From NCBI GenBank assembly GCA_964467735.1, contig CAYXSR010000006.1:1-57475 (forward strand): a DNA stretch of 57,475 nt, read 5' to 3'. Shown piece after piece: positions 26,762-36,810 of this stretch. Source of the DNA: an uncultured Pseudomonadales bacterium (GTDB taxonomy: Bacteria > Patescibacteriota > Microgenomatia > UBA1400 > CAYXSR01). The position numbers were made by a program, and so were the translations under genes. A model generated the notes under the pieces. The model made no database searches and had not been told where the DNA came from. It saw only the letters and a program-made list of their open reading frames with translations. How positions within the stretch are numbered: position 1 is the first letter of the stretch; every line of letters starts with the position of its first letter.

Positions 26762-27917
26762 AAGGGTGCTCTTTCTTAGTTATTTAATATATCTATTTTT
26801 ACTTTTGCTTTTTTCTTATACTCAAGTTGATTTAAATTTAACTCTTTCTAGCCAGAGTTTTTATCAACAAATTCAACAAAAATTAATTTATATTGGTTAT
26901 TTTCAAAGACCTTTGAGTAGTTTTATTTTATTTTTATTTCTTAGTGCTAGTTTTTTATTTTTATTTATTTTTAGTTTTTTTTATAAAAAGAAAATTATTA
27001 ATTTTGATCTTATTAAAAAACTAATTTTACTTACAGGTTTGGTTTTAATTTTGTCTTATCCAATGTTTTCTCATGATTTATTTAATTATATTTTCGATGC
27101 TCGTATTTTTACAAAATATGGACTTAATCCTTATGAATTTCGGGCTCTTGATTTTCCTCAAGATACTTGGATTAGGTTCATGCATTGGATTCATCGAACT
27201 AATCCCTATCCGTTGGTTTGGACAACATATAGTTTAATTCCTTCTTTTTTAGGTGGACAAATTTTCTTACCAACGTTTTTTTTATTTAAATTCTTTGTTG
27301 GATTTTTACCTTACATATGGGCTTGTTGGCTGGTTTATAAAATTGCTGACAAATTATTTAATTCAAAAAAAGAAGAAATCTTAATTTACTTTGCCTTCTC
27401 GCCAGTGGTTATTTTTGATGTTCTAATAAATAGTCATAACGACTTGCTTATGATGGTAGTTGCTTTATTGGCTTTTTTACTAATTATTAAACAAAAGAAA
27501 ATTCTTAGTTTGGTTGCTTTATTGCTTTCTGTATTTTTAAAATATGCAACCATAGTTTTATTGCCGGTTTTTTCAATGAAGTTATTGATTAAAAAAATTA
27601 ACTTTAAAAAAATAATTTTGTTAGCAAGCTTAGCACTTTTTTCGATAATAATATTTTATTCTTTAAAGAATGAATTTCAGTCGTGGTATTTATTATGGAG
27701 TTTTCCATTCTTTGTTTTTTTAATCGATAATAATTTTTGGAAGAGATTAGGTATTTTTTTGCAAATGACAGTTTTATCTTTTTATTTGCCATTTTTTTAC
27801 TTCGGTAATTGGGATTTCTCTATAAAAAGGACAAAAACAATTATTATTTTAATTTCATTATTAATTTTTTCTGTTAATGTATTTATTAAGAAAATTTCCA
27901 ATAAAAGTAGGTTTTAA
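26739..27917 (+). CDS. GT-C membrane glycosyltransferase, MptA/MptB-like
   Basis: SHDLFNYIFDARI...GLNPY...PYP...HNDLLM...KY...QSWYLLW; polytopic. Confidence 0.7.
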   Translation: MINTKLIRRVLFLSYLIYLFLLLLFSYTQVDLNLTLSSQSFYQQIQQKLIYIGYFQRPLSSFILFLFLSASFLFLFIFSFFYKKKIINFDLIKKLILLTGLVLILSYPMFSHDLFNYIFDARIFTKYGLNPYEFRALDFPQDTWIRFMHWIHRTNPYPLVWTTYSLIPSFLGGQIFLPTFFLFKFFVGFLPYIWACWLVYKIADKLFNSKKEEILIYFAFSPVVIFDVLINSHNDLLMMVVALLAFLLIIKQKKILSLVALLLSVFLKYATIVLLPVFSMKLLIKKINFKKIILLASLALFSIIIFYSLKNEFQSWYLLWSFPFFVFLIDNNFWKRLGIFLQMTVLSFYLPFFYFGNWDFSIKRTKTIIILISLLIFSVNVFIKKISNKSRF

Positions 27918-29724
27918 ACAGCTTTTTCAAATAATATTTTTTTTCTTGATAGGTTTTTTATTTTTTCGTATCAATATTTCTTCTAAGCTGCATCTTTTAA
28001 ATGAACCTTATGATTTCTTCTATTGGGAGGAACAATATAATAAATCTGGCTGGCGCGATCCTTATTCCAAGCAGGGAATTGGTGATGATGCTTTGTATGT
28101 TTATCAGGGTATCTCTATTTTACGAGGTCAAGATTTGTCTTTGTTAAATCCGGAAATTTCTCCGTTGGGAAAATATATTCTAGGGGAAACAACTCTGCTT
28201 TTCAATAATCGATTTGCCGTTTCGTTTATTTTTTATTTCTTGAGCCTTTTGGTTTGTATCTTTCTGACATATAAGATTACCAAAAAGAAACTTTTATCAT
28301 TCTTCCTGTCTTTATTAATTTTTAGTGAGCCGGTAATTGTCAGACAACTAGCTGCTAGTTCAATTGATTTAGTTTTACTTTTTTTCTTTTTAAGCTTTAT
28401 TTTGTCAGCCGATTTATTCTTTGTCAAATCAATCTTTAAAAAATTAATTCCTGCGATATTGTTGGGAATTTTTATTGCCACAAAGTCTTATTTTTTGGGT
28501 GTTATTATTGTTGTTTCTTTGTTATTAGCCAGTATTTTTAGTAAAGAGAGAAAAAATTTGAAAAACATAATTTTATACTTATTACCGGCATTTTTTGTTT
28601 ATTGCTTAGTACACCTTCCTTATTTTTTAAAAAATCATAACTTCTTTGAATTTTTAAAACTCCATCGTTGGGTAATTTGGTTTTATAGTAATAAGTTGGA
28701 AAAAATTTTTTACGGGGGAGCAGTTTGGTTAATGCTTTTAAATCGTTGGCAAACTTGGTTTGGCAAATGGTATGGTCTTTATAATTTTATAAGAATTGAA
28801 GAGTGGTGGTTTTTTTTACCCATTTTATTAATTCTTTTTCTACATTTAATTTTACTTTTTGTTAGGGGTAAAAAAAAATTATCCTCTGAAAGCTTTAGCT
28901 ACCAATTAATCTTTTTTTGGACAGTTCTTTATTTTATTTTCTTAAATATTATTCCGATTTGGTCAAGGTATTTTTTGCTACTTTTACCGACGTGTTATAT
29001 TTTAGTGACAAAAACATTTCTAGATTTAAGATTTAAAGCAATACCTTTTAAAACGATTTTAGTTTTGGCCGTTACTACATTTCTAACCTTCATATTTTTT
29101 GGTCGGCCTAGCGGAGTTAATAGCTTTCTAGCAGAAATCGCTTCTGCTTCAAGAAATTTTGTCTTCTTTTATGGGTTGTCCGGATTTAAGTTTTTACATA
29201 TTATTTTAGGAATTATTTATTTTCCGGCCTATATTTTGGGAAACGGCCAACTTGGTTCTTTTGTTTTTTGTTTTTATTGGCTGACAATTTTAACTCTTAT
29301 TTTGGTTTTATTTTTAAAGCAAAAAAAGATTGTTAAATTTTTTCTATGGATCTTGTTGATTATAAATTCTTTGTTTTTGATAAATTATCAACTTAAACCT
29401 AAAATCAAATTGGACTACATTTTGAAAATGATGGATGAGCCATATCGACTAAGCAAGGGAGAGCATTTTGATTATCAAACCTTTCCTGTAGAACAAGCCC
29501 CCCTTATTCATTATTTGTTTGAAGATTATGGTTATAAAAGATGGTCTTATCGACCAAAGGATGGCCAAACGGGCCTTAGAAAAAAACTTTATCAATTCTG
29601 TTTAATTAAAACAAATGAAAATTGTCCAAAACCTGAAGAAAAGAACATACGGTTTTTATTTGAAAAAGATTATGAGGGTAGTTTACAATTAAGAGGTTAT
29701 GAATACGATCCAGCGCTTAATTAA
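27877..29724 (+). CDS. GT-C membrane glycosyltransferase, PMT-like
   Basis: GIGDDALYVYQG...NPEISPLGKY loop motif; many TM segments; WSRY. Confidence 0.65.
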   Translation: MYLLRKFPIKVGFKQLFQIIFFFLIGFLFFRINISSKLHLLNEPYDFFYWEEQYNKSGWRDPYSKQGIGDDALYVYQGISILRGQDLSLLNPEISPLGKYILGETTLLFNNRFAVSFIFYFLSLLVCIFLTYKITKKKLLSFFLSLLIFSEPVIVRQLAASSIDLVLLFFFLSFILSADLFFVKSIFKKLIPAILLGIFIATKSYFLGVIIVVSLLLASIFSKERKNLKNIILYLLPAFFVYCLVHLPYFLKNHNFFEFLKLHRWVIWFYSNKLEKIFYGGAVWLMLLNRWQTWFGKWYGLYNFIRIEEWWFFLPILLILFLHLILLFVRGKKKLSSESFSYQLIFFWTVLYFIFLNIIPIWSRYFLLLLPTCYILVTKTFLDLRFKAIPFKTILVLAVTTFLTFIFFGRPSGVNSFLAEIASASRNFVFFYGLSGFKFLHIILGIIYFPAYILGNGQLGSFVFCFYWLTILTLILVLFLKQKKIVKFFLWILLIINSLFLINYQLKPKIKLDYILKMMDEPYRLSKGEHFDYQTFPVEQAPLIHYLFEDYGYKRWSYRPKDGQTGLRKKLYQFCLIKTNENCPKPEEKNIRFLFEKDYEGSLQLRGYEYDPALN

Positions 29725-31306
29725 CGACAAATTTTTTGTCGGCCTATTTCTTTTGATTTGTTTTGGTTTATTGATTAGACTTCGTCCTATGTTAACTGGT
29801 TCATTTCCTTTTTCTTTTGATATGGGTAGAGATTTTTTGTGGACCAGAGATATTGTGGTTTTGAAAAAACCCACCTTAATTGGTCCCTGGGGAAGTCTAC
29901 AGGGAATTTTTTTTGGGCCTGGCTGGTTTTATTTATTAACGATTCCTTTTATTATTTTTAACGGCCATCCAGTAGGAGGAGTAACTCTTTGTTTATTTTT
30001 TAATCTTTTAACTGTTTTTTTAGCTTTTTTAATCGGAAGCAAAATAAAAGATAAAGGTTTGGGATTAATTTTTGCCTTTATTTTAACCTTTTCGCAGGCA
30101 ATGATCGGCTTTTCTTCTTTTGCTTTTCATGCCAATCTTTTGCCATTTACTACCTTAATAATTATTTATTCGCTTTATAAATTATTTTTTGTTAAAAACC
30201 AAGCACAGGTAATTTTTTTGGGATTAGCGGCTTTTAGTACAAGCTTTAATTTTCATTTGGAACCGGCGGCGGCTATTTTTTCTACGTTAACAATTATTAT
30301 TTTTGTTTTTTACTTAATTTTTAAAGAAAAAATTCATTTTAAGTTAAAAAATGTAATAATTGCCGGCATTTGTTTTTTTATTCCTTTTGTTCCTCAAGTA
30401 ATTTTTGAATTTCGTCATTCATTTTTACAAACAAGGTCTTTGCTTGCTTATTTTACTGGCAATAATGAATCCTTGGAAGGTAAATTGCCATTCTGGCAAA
30501 GACTAGGAGATAGGTTTATAAAATTTCTTGGTTTTTACAATGAATCTCTTCCTGTTAGACAACCTTTTATTGGAGTACTTATTTTCATAGCAATTTTAAT
30601 AATTTTTATATCCTTAAGAAAAAAAGATAATCTTAAAAAATTATTTATTGTCTTGTTTTCTCAACTTCTAGTCCCTTTTTTCGGTTTTTTGTTTATTTTC
30701 CCTCCAGAGCTTAAACAATGGTATTTAAATGGTTTACCAGTAATTTTTTCTTTATTCCTAGCAATTACTTTAAGGGAGTTGCAGGATAAGACTTTGATTG
30801 GGAGATTGGCAGTAATTGTATTTTTGCTAAGCTACCTTGTAACATTAAATTTTACTGAAAGATTTAATTTCTCAAAAAATAACAAAAATTTTAGTAATTT
30901 TGATGGTGAAATCGAAGTAGTGAATTATATTTATCAAGATAGCAATGACAAGCCATTTAAAGTTTATGTTTTTACTCCACCAATTTATGATTATGCTTAT
31001 CAATATCTTTTTTGGTGGCGAGGTAAGCAAAATGAATATTGGCCCGAAGAATATTCTTATTTACCAGGAAAGACAGATTATGTGCCCAACAAAGAAAGAT
31101 ATAATCTTACTCAACATAAAACACAAGGACAACAAAAAACAGACATAATCTATTTAATCATGGAGCCAAAAGAGGGAAGAGGATTTTCTGGTTGGTATGA
31201 GCGATTTTCCGATACTAAGTTAATAGAGGAAAAAATAATGACTAGCGGATTAATAGTTCAGAAAAGACAAGACATTAATTTCAGTGGTACAATAAAACAA
31301 AAATGA
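29699..31306 (+). CDS. GT-C (PMT_2/GT39-like) glycosyltransferase
   Basis: FSFDMGRD...PTLIGP...FFGPGWFY...FEFRH; paralogous to the GT-C half of 23793. Confidence 0.75.
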   Translation: MNTIQRLINDKFFVGLFLLICFGLLIRLRPMLTGSFPFSFDMGRDFLWTRDIVVLKKPTLIGPWGSLQGIFFGPGWFYLLTIPFIIFNGHPVGGVTLCLFFNLLTVFLAFLIGSKIKDKGLGLIFAFILTFSQAMIGFSSFAFHANLLPFTTLIIIYSLYKLFFVKNQAQVIFLGLAAFSTSFNFHLEPAAAIFSTLTIIIFVFYLIFKEKIHFKLKNVIIAGICFFIPFVPQVIFEFRHSFLQTRSLLAYFTGNNESLEGKLPFWQRLGDRFIKFLGFYNESLPVRQPFIGVLIFIAILIIFISLRKKDNLKKLFIVLFSQLLVPFFGFLFIFPPELKQWYLNGLPVIFSLFLAITLRELQDKTLIGRLAVIVFLLSYLVTLNFTERFNFSKNNKNFSNFDGEIEVVNYIYQDSNDKPFKVYVFTPPIYDYAYQYLFWWRGKQNEYWPEEYSYLPGKTDYVPNKERYNLTQHKTQGQQKTDIIYLIMEPKEGRGFSGWYERFSDTKLIEEKIMTSGLIVQKRQDINFSGTIKQK

Positions 31307-32787
31307 ACAACAAGATTAAAAATATTATCGGCTTTTCAGTTTTAATCATCTTCTTTTTTCTTACAAGAGGAATATCAATTCTGAAATTGCCTATTTTTAC
31401 TGATGAAGCAATTTATTTAAGATGGAGTCAAATTGCTTCATATGATGCCTCACTTCGTTTTATTTCCTTAATAGACGGTAAACAACCTTTATACATGTGG
31501 GTGACGATGATAGTGATGAAATTCCTGAAAGAGCCCTTACTGGCGGGAAGACTAGTTTCTGTCGGCTGTGGCCTAGGTTCGCTTATTGGTTTATTTTTCT
31601 TGACCTGTGAGTTCTTTAACAAGCGTTTGATTTCATTTTTTGCCAGCTTTTTATATATACTCTTACCTCTTACTTTATTTTATGACAAATTAGCATTAGT
31701 TGATTCAATGCTAACTATGTTTGGAATTTGGTCACTCTTTTTAGCTGTTAAATTAGCCAAAGAACCAAGGCTAGATGTAAGTTTGATTTTAGGGGGAGTT
31801 TTGGGTTGCGCTTATTTAACCAAATCACCGGCAGTTTTTTTTCTTATCTTAAGTTTTTTAACTCTAATGTTTATTTCAAAAACTAAAAGTGTTAAGAATC
31901 AGATAATAAAATTTTTTGCCCTTTTTCTATTATCATTTTTAATTTCGCAAGTAATGTATAACATTTTACGATTATCTCCTTTAATGCATATGATTACTCA
32001 GAAAAACTCATTTTTTGTCCGCTCTTTCAATGAGGTACTTGCAGATCCTTTCCCATTTTTCTTTGGTAACTTGAGGGGAATTTGGGGTTGGATAGTAGTT
32101 TATTTTTCTTGGCCCCTGATTATTGTTGCTTTGATGGGGATTATTTTTAAGATTAAAATGTTTCTTAAACAGAAAATTTATCTATTGATGTGGTTTGTGG
32201 GACCCCTTTTTTCTTATGGTTTATTTGGCAAAGTTTTATATCCTAGATATATTCTGTTTTTTGCTCCTGCCTTAATAATTTTAATAAGCTATGGGTTAAG
32301 TGTTATTTATTCGATTATTAAAAATAAAATTCTAGTTTATGGTTTTTTATTAATACTTATTATTCCTTCTATGATTGTTTCATTTACTTTGTTAACCAAT
32401 CCTATACATGCTAATATCCCCGATGCTGATCAGGGTCAATTTTTTGATAGCATTTTTGCCGGCGGCGGAATTCCTGAAGTCGTTGATTTCTTTAAGAAAG
32501 AAACCCAAGTTAAAAAGATTAATCTTTACACAGAAGGAACTTTTGGTTTATTGCCATATGCGATTGAGCTTTATTTTTATAACAACCCTAATATAAAAAT
32601 TACCGGTGTTTGGCCGCTAAACAATATTCCTAGTGACAAAGTTATCTTTGATAAAGAGAGAGAAAATTACATTATTATAAACGAGACTCAAGAAATTCCA
32701 AGTGCTTGGCCTTTAGAAAAAGTTTTTGAAGTTAGAAAAGGTAAAAGCGATAAGTTTCTTAGGTTATTTAAAATATTGGATATCTAA
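31303..32787 (+). CDS. GT-C (PMT_2/ArnT-like) glycosyltransferase
   Basis: PIFTDEAIY...DGKQPL...GRLVS...LTK...YPRY. Confidence 0.78.
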   Translation: MNNKIKNIIGFSVLIIFFFLTRGISILKLPIFTDEAIYLRWSQIASYDASLRFISLIDGKQPLYMWVTMIVMKFLKEPLLAGRLVSVGCGLGSLIGLFFLTCEFFNKRLISFFASFLYILLPLTLFYDKLALVDSMLTMFGIWSLFLAVKLAKEPRLDVSLILGGVLGCAYLTKSPAVFFLILSFLTLMFISKTKSVKNQIIKFFALFLLSFLISQVMYNILRLSPLMHMITQKNSFFVRSFNEVLADPFPFFFGNLRGIWGWIVVYFSWPLIIVALMGIIFKIKMFLKQKIYLLMWFVGPLFSYGLFGKVLYPRYILFFAPALIILISYGLSVIYSIIKNKILVYGFLLILIIPSMIVSFTLLTNPIHANIPDADQGQFFDSIFAGGGIPEVVDFFKKETQVKKINLYTEGTFGLLPYAIELYFYNNPNIKITGVWPLNNIPSDKVIFDKERENYIIINETQEIPSAWPLEKVFEVRKGKSDKFLRLFKILDI

Positions 32788-35217
32788 ATGAGAATGTGGC
32801 GGATTAAAAAGCTTGATAAGTTTATAATTTTTTTCATCTTTTTTTTGACTCTTGTCATTTTTAAAGAAACCTTTTTTAAAGGAAAGATTCCTGCTCCTTT
32901 AGATTTTTTGGTTGCTTTCAACTTTCCCTGGTATTATGGTGGATATGAAGGATATACTGCCTGGGTACCCTATAAGGGAGTTTTAAATGCCGATGTTGTT
33001 AGACAGTCTATTCCATGGAGGACACTGATTGTTGATCAACTTAAAAAAGGAAAACTTGCCCTATGGAATCCTTATAATTTTTGTGGCAATCCATTAATGG
33101 CTAATTTTCAATCAGCCCAATTTTATCCTATTAATCTAATTTTTCTAATTTTTGATTTTCCATCAGGATGGACAATCTATATAATTTTACAACTTGTTTT
33201 GGGATTATATTTTACTTATCTATTTTTAAGGGAAAATAAATTAAGCAAAATTGCTTCTAGTTTTGGAAGCTTAGCTTTTCTGTTAAATACTTTTTTAGTC
33301 TCTTGGTTTGAGTTAGGAGTTGTTGGACATACGTTAATTTGGCTTCCTTTGATATGTTTTTTTAGTCTTAGATACAAAGATAGTAAGACCAATAAAAAGA
33401 CAAGATATCTAATTTTTACATCAATCGTTTGGGTTTTATCACTGTTTGCTGGCCACCCATTGTCATTTATTTGTGCTTTTGCTTCTTATTTGCTGTACAT
33501 CCTTTTACTTTTTGGTTTAACCAAAGATTTATTGAGATTTTTAGTTGCTAGTTTTTTTGGTTTGCTTTTAGGTATGATTCAAATATTGCCCACGGTAGAA
33601 TTCTATTTGAATTCATTTCTAGGTAATGAATTTAGCCGTCGGGCTTTTGCCCATGGGACAATTCCTTTCAGGAGTTTAATTACTTTTTTAGCTCCTGGAT
33701 TTTATGGTAATCACTCGACTGGTAATTGGTGGGGTTATGAAGGTCCAGGCGAATTGACTCCCTTTATAGGAGTAATAAGCTTGGTTTTAATTTATTTTAC
33801 TCTTTTGTTCGGCTTAAAGAAAAAAGACAAAAAAGTACGAATTTTTTCTGTTATTTGGATTTTAAGTTTATTGGCGGCTTTGCCAACGCCACTAAATTTT
33901 ATTATCGGAAAGCTAAAAATTCCTATCATTTCTAGTACTGCTCCAGCACGGATGCTTATCCCTTTTTATTTTGCTTCAGCTTTTCTTATTGGTTGGGGAT
34001 TGGATTACTTTCTTAAAAATAAATTATCTTTAAAACACTTTTTACCACCCTTTTTAATTATAGGATTTGTTTATATAACGGTTGGTATAAAAACATTTTT
34101 AAATTACCAGAGAGAGGTAGATTTGCTTCAAAGAAGCAGATTTATGACCGGTTTAAGAAATTTAGTTATTCCAATCGGGGTTTTTGGTTTTAGTTTTGTT
34201 TGTTTATTTGTTTATAATTTTTTCCGAAATGAAAAGAAGATAAAAAACAAAAGAAAAATAACAGGTCTAATTTATTTCGCCTTGTTTTTTAATTTATTTT
34301 TGTTTATCCATACTACTAATAAATTTTTGTCCTTTGCTCCGAAAAAGTTATTTTACCCTAAACATATAGTTTTGACCTGGCTACGGAATCAGGGGGTTTG
34401 GCGATTTCATGGTCTTCAAAACACAGAAATAGGAACCAATTTCCAAATTCCTTACAAAGTTTATAGTCCGGCTGGCTATGATGTTTTACGAATAAAAGAT
34501 TATGGGGAACTGGTAACCTCTACCTATGAAGGATTTTTACAATTGTCCGAAGATTTTTCCAGGGCGGATGCCTATTTTCCTTGGGAAGATAAATTTTTTA
34601 AAGAAAGAATCTTTGACTTAATAGGAGTTAAATATATTGTGGGTAAGATTGAAGATCCAAAAAGTGATTGGGAACCGGACTTAAATACTTTTCCGCAGGA
34701 TAAATATAATTTGGTTTGGCAACAGGAAAAATTTCAAATTTACGAAAGAAAAAGCGTTTTTCCACGAGCGTTTTTAGTAAATAATTATTTAGTAGAGAAT
34801 GATGGCAATAAGATTATTGAAAAAATCTATGATAAAAATATTGATCTTAGAAAAATCCTAATTCTTTCTGGAAATATTCCTACTTTACCAGTAGAGAAGA
34901 GCAATAATGACGGAATGGTAGAAATCATTGATTATCAACCAAATAATGTTAGGATAAGGGTCAACCATAATGCTAATTCTCTTTTGTTTTTATCTGATGC
35001 TTATTATCCAGGTTGGCAAGCTTTTGTTGATGGTAATAAAACTGATATTTTAAAAGCGAATTATGCTTTTAGATCAGTTTATGTACCCAGCGGCGAACAC
35101 GTTGTTGAATTTGTTTATAAACCAGCGAGTATTTTGATTGGACTTAGGATAAGTTTTGTTAGCATTTTAGTATTATCAATTTTTACCTTTTTAATGATAA
35201 AGAAAAAGAAGTTTTAA
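32788..35217 (+). CDS. YfhO-family GT-C membrane glycosyltransferase
   Basis: D..RQ.IPW, LWNPYNFCGNPLMANFQSA.FYP, GHP; C-terminal PRAF...LSDAYYPGW.AFVDG...ANYAFRSV. Confidence 0.85.
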   Translation: MRMWRIKKLDKFIIFFIFFLTLVIFKETFFKGKIPAPLDFLVAFNFPWYYGGYEGYTAWVPYKGVLNADVVRQSIPWRTLIVDQLKKGKLALWNPYNFCGNPLMANFQSAQFYPINLIFLIFDFPSGWTIYIILQLVLGLYFTYLFLRENKLSKIASSFGSLAFLLNTFLVSWFELGVVGHTLIWLPLICFFSLRYKDSKTNKKTRYLIFTSIVWVLSLFAGHPLSFICAFASYLLYILLLFGLTKDLLRFLVASFFGLLLGMIQILPTVEFYLNSFLGNEFSRRAFAHGTIPFRSLITFLAPGFYGNHSTGNWWGYEGPGELTPFIGVISLVLIYFTLLFGLKKKDKKVRIFSVIWILSLLAALPTPLNFIIGKLKIPIISSTAPARMLIPFYFASAFLIGWGLDYFLKNKLSLKHFLPPFLIIGFVYITVGIKTFLNYQREVDLLQRSRFMTGLRNLVIPIGVFGFSFVCLFVYNFFRNEKKIKNKRKITGLIYFALFFNLFLFIHTTNKFLSFAPKKLFYPKHIVLTWLRNQGVWRFHGLQNTEIGTNFQIPYKVYSPAGYDVLRIKDYGELVTSTYEGFLQLSEDFSRADAYFPWEDKFFKERIFDLIGVKYIVGKIEDPKSDWEPDLNTFPQDKYNLVWQQEKFQIYERKSVFPRAFLVNNYLVENDGNKIIEKIYDKNIDLRKILILSGNIPTLPVEKSNNDGMVEIIDYQPNNVRIRVNHNANSLLFLSDAYYPGWQAFVDGNKTDILKANYAFRSVYVPSGEHVVEFVYKPASILIGLRISFVSILVLSIFTFLMIKKKKF

Positions 35218-36810
35218 ATGAAGATTTCTAAGGTTTTTTTTATTTTTCTAATAATTCTGGCTAACTTTCTATTACTCTGGCCATTATTTAAAAAAGGTTT
35301 CATCGTTAGTGATGATGGTGATCTTATGTTAATAAGGCTTGGAGCAACAATTAGAGCTTTGAGAGATGGCCACTTCCCGATAAGAATTTTAGATTTAAAT
35401 AATGGTTATGGTTACCCGGTTTTAAACTTTCTTTATCCCTTGCCATTTTATGTTGGTTCTGTTATTTATTTCTTTTCTAGATTGGGATTAATTAATGCCT
35501 ACAAAATTTCTATTATTTTGTATTCTATTATTGGTAGTTTGGGAGCTTTTTACTTAGGTAAAAGTATTACTAAAAAGAATTTTCCTAGTTTTGTTTGTGC
35601 AATTTTTTATTTATTTTTTCCTTCAACGACAATTAATATTTTCTATCGTTCATCAATTGGTGAACTTTTGGCACTTAGTTTACTGCCATTTATTTTTTTG
35701 TTTTTGCAACTTTATCGTGAGAAAAAAAACAAGCATTTTTTACTACTAATATCACTCTTTCTTTTTTTAATTATCCTTTCTCATAATATTTTGGCATTGC
35801 TAACAATAGGCACAATAATACTGTTTAATATTTTTATTTATAAAGATAAAAATATTTATTATTACTTAATTTTAGGAGTTCTATCAAGTTCATTTTTTAG
35901 TCTCCCGGCATTTCTAGAGAGGAATTTTACCCATTCGCAAGAGATTGCTTTATCCAATATTAATGATCGGTTTTTGTCTTTGAAAAATCTGATTAGAAAT
36001 TTGCCTATTTTTAGTAATAATTTAACAAGAATAGAAAATATTTTTTCTTTGCCACTCTTATTAGCACTTTCTGTTTTAATTTCCATAACTCTTTTCTTCG
36101 GCAAATGGTTAAAAAAAGAAGATAAATTTATGATTGGTTATGTATTGGTATTAATATTTCTTACTCTCGATATATCTAAAACCCTATGGGAAACCGTTCT
36201 AAGTCCATTTATTCCTTTTATTCAATTTCCCTGGAGGGTTTTTGGGATTGTAGCTATTATTTTAACAATCCTTTTAGGAAGAATTTTAGTAAAAATAAAG
36301 AAAAATTATTTCTTAATAATAATTTTAGTTTTAATGATTTTTTTGGGAGTTAATAGTTGGCAACTTAGTCGGCACAAAGAAGTTAATGATAATTTTTACT
36401 TTACCAATCAATCTAGTAGTACAACTAGAGACGAGTTTACTCCTATTTGGGTTAAAGACTTTCCTAAAAATCGACCATTACAGTTAGTTGAATTAAATAA
36501 TCCCGCGACAAAAATTAGTGATTTAAATATAAAAACGCAAAAGATTAATTTTGTTTTAGAAAGTGATAATGAAACAGAGGTTACGATAAATAAGCATTAT
36601 TATCCCGGATGGACATTGTTTATTGATAACCAGAAAGAAGGTTTTAATATTGAGTCACAGACGGGAACAATTAAATTTATTCTTCCCAGAGGACAACATA
36701 AAATTGTTTTATTATTTAAAGAGGGAAGTCTACGGTTAATTTCAGATGTTATTTCATTGGTTGCGCTGAGCTTTTTACTATATATCTTTTTGTTAGAGAG
36801 AAACAAATGA
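35218..36810 (+). CDS. GT-C membrane protein (PTPS_related/YfhO-like)
   Basis: SDDG...R...GHFPIR...NNGYGYP..NF.YPL, SHN, IQFPWR, YYPGW. Confidence 0.75.
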   Translation: MKISKVFFIFLIILANFLLLWPLFKKGFIVSDDGDLMLIRLGATIRALRDGHFPIRILDLNNGYGYPVLNFLYPLPFYVGSVIYFFSRLGLINAYKISIILYSIIGSLGAFYLGKSITKKNFPSFVCAIFYLFFPSTTINIFYRSSIGELLALSLLPFIFLFLQLYREKKNKHFLLLISLFLFLIILSHNILALLTIGTIILFNIFIYKDKNIYYYLILGVLSSSFFSLPAFLERNFTHSQEIALSNINDRFLSLKNLIRNLPIFSNNLTRIENIFSLPLLLALSVLISITLFFGKWLKKEDKFMIGYVLVLIFLTLDISKTLWETVLSPFIPFIQFPWRVFGIVAIILTILLGRILVKIKKNYFLIIILVLMIFLGVNSWQLSRHKEVNDNFYFTNQSSSTTRDEFTPIWVKDFPKNRPLQLVELNNPATKISDLNIKTQKINFVLESDNETEVTINKHYYPGWTLFIDNQKEGFNIESQTGTIKFILPRGQHKIVLLFKEGSLRLISDVISLVALSFLLYIFLLERNK

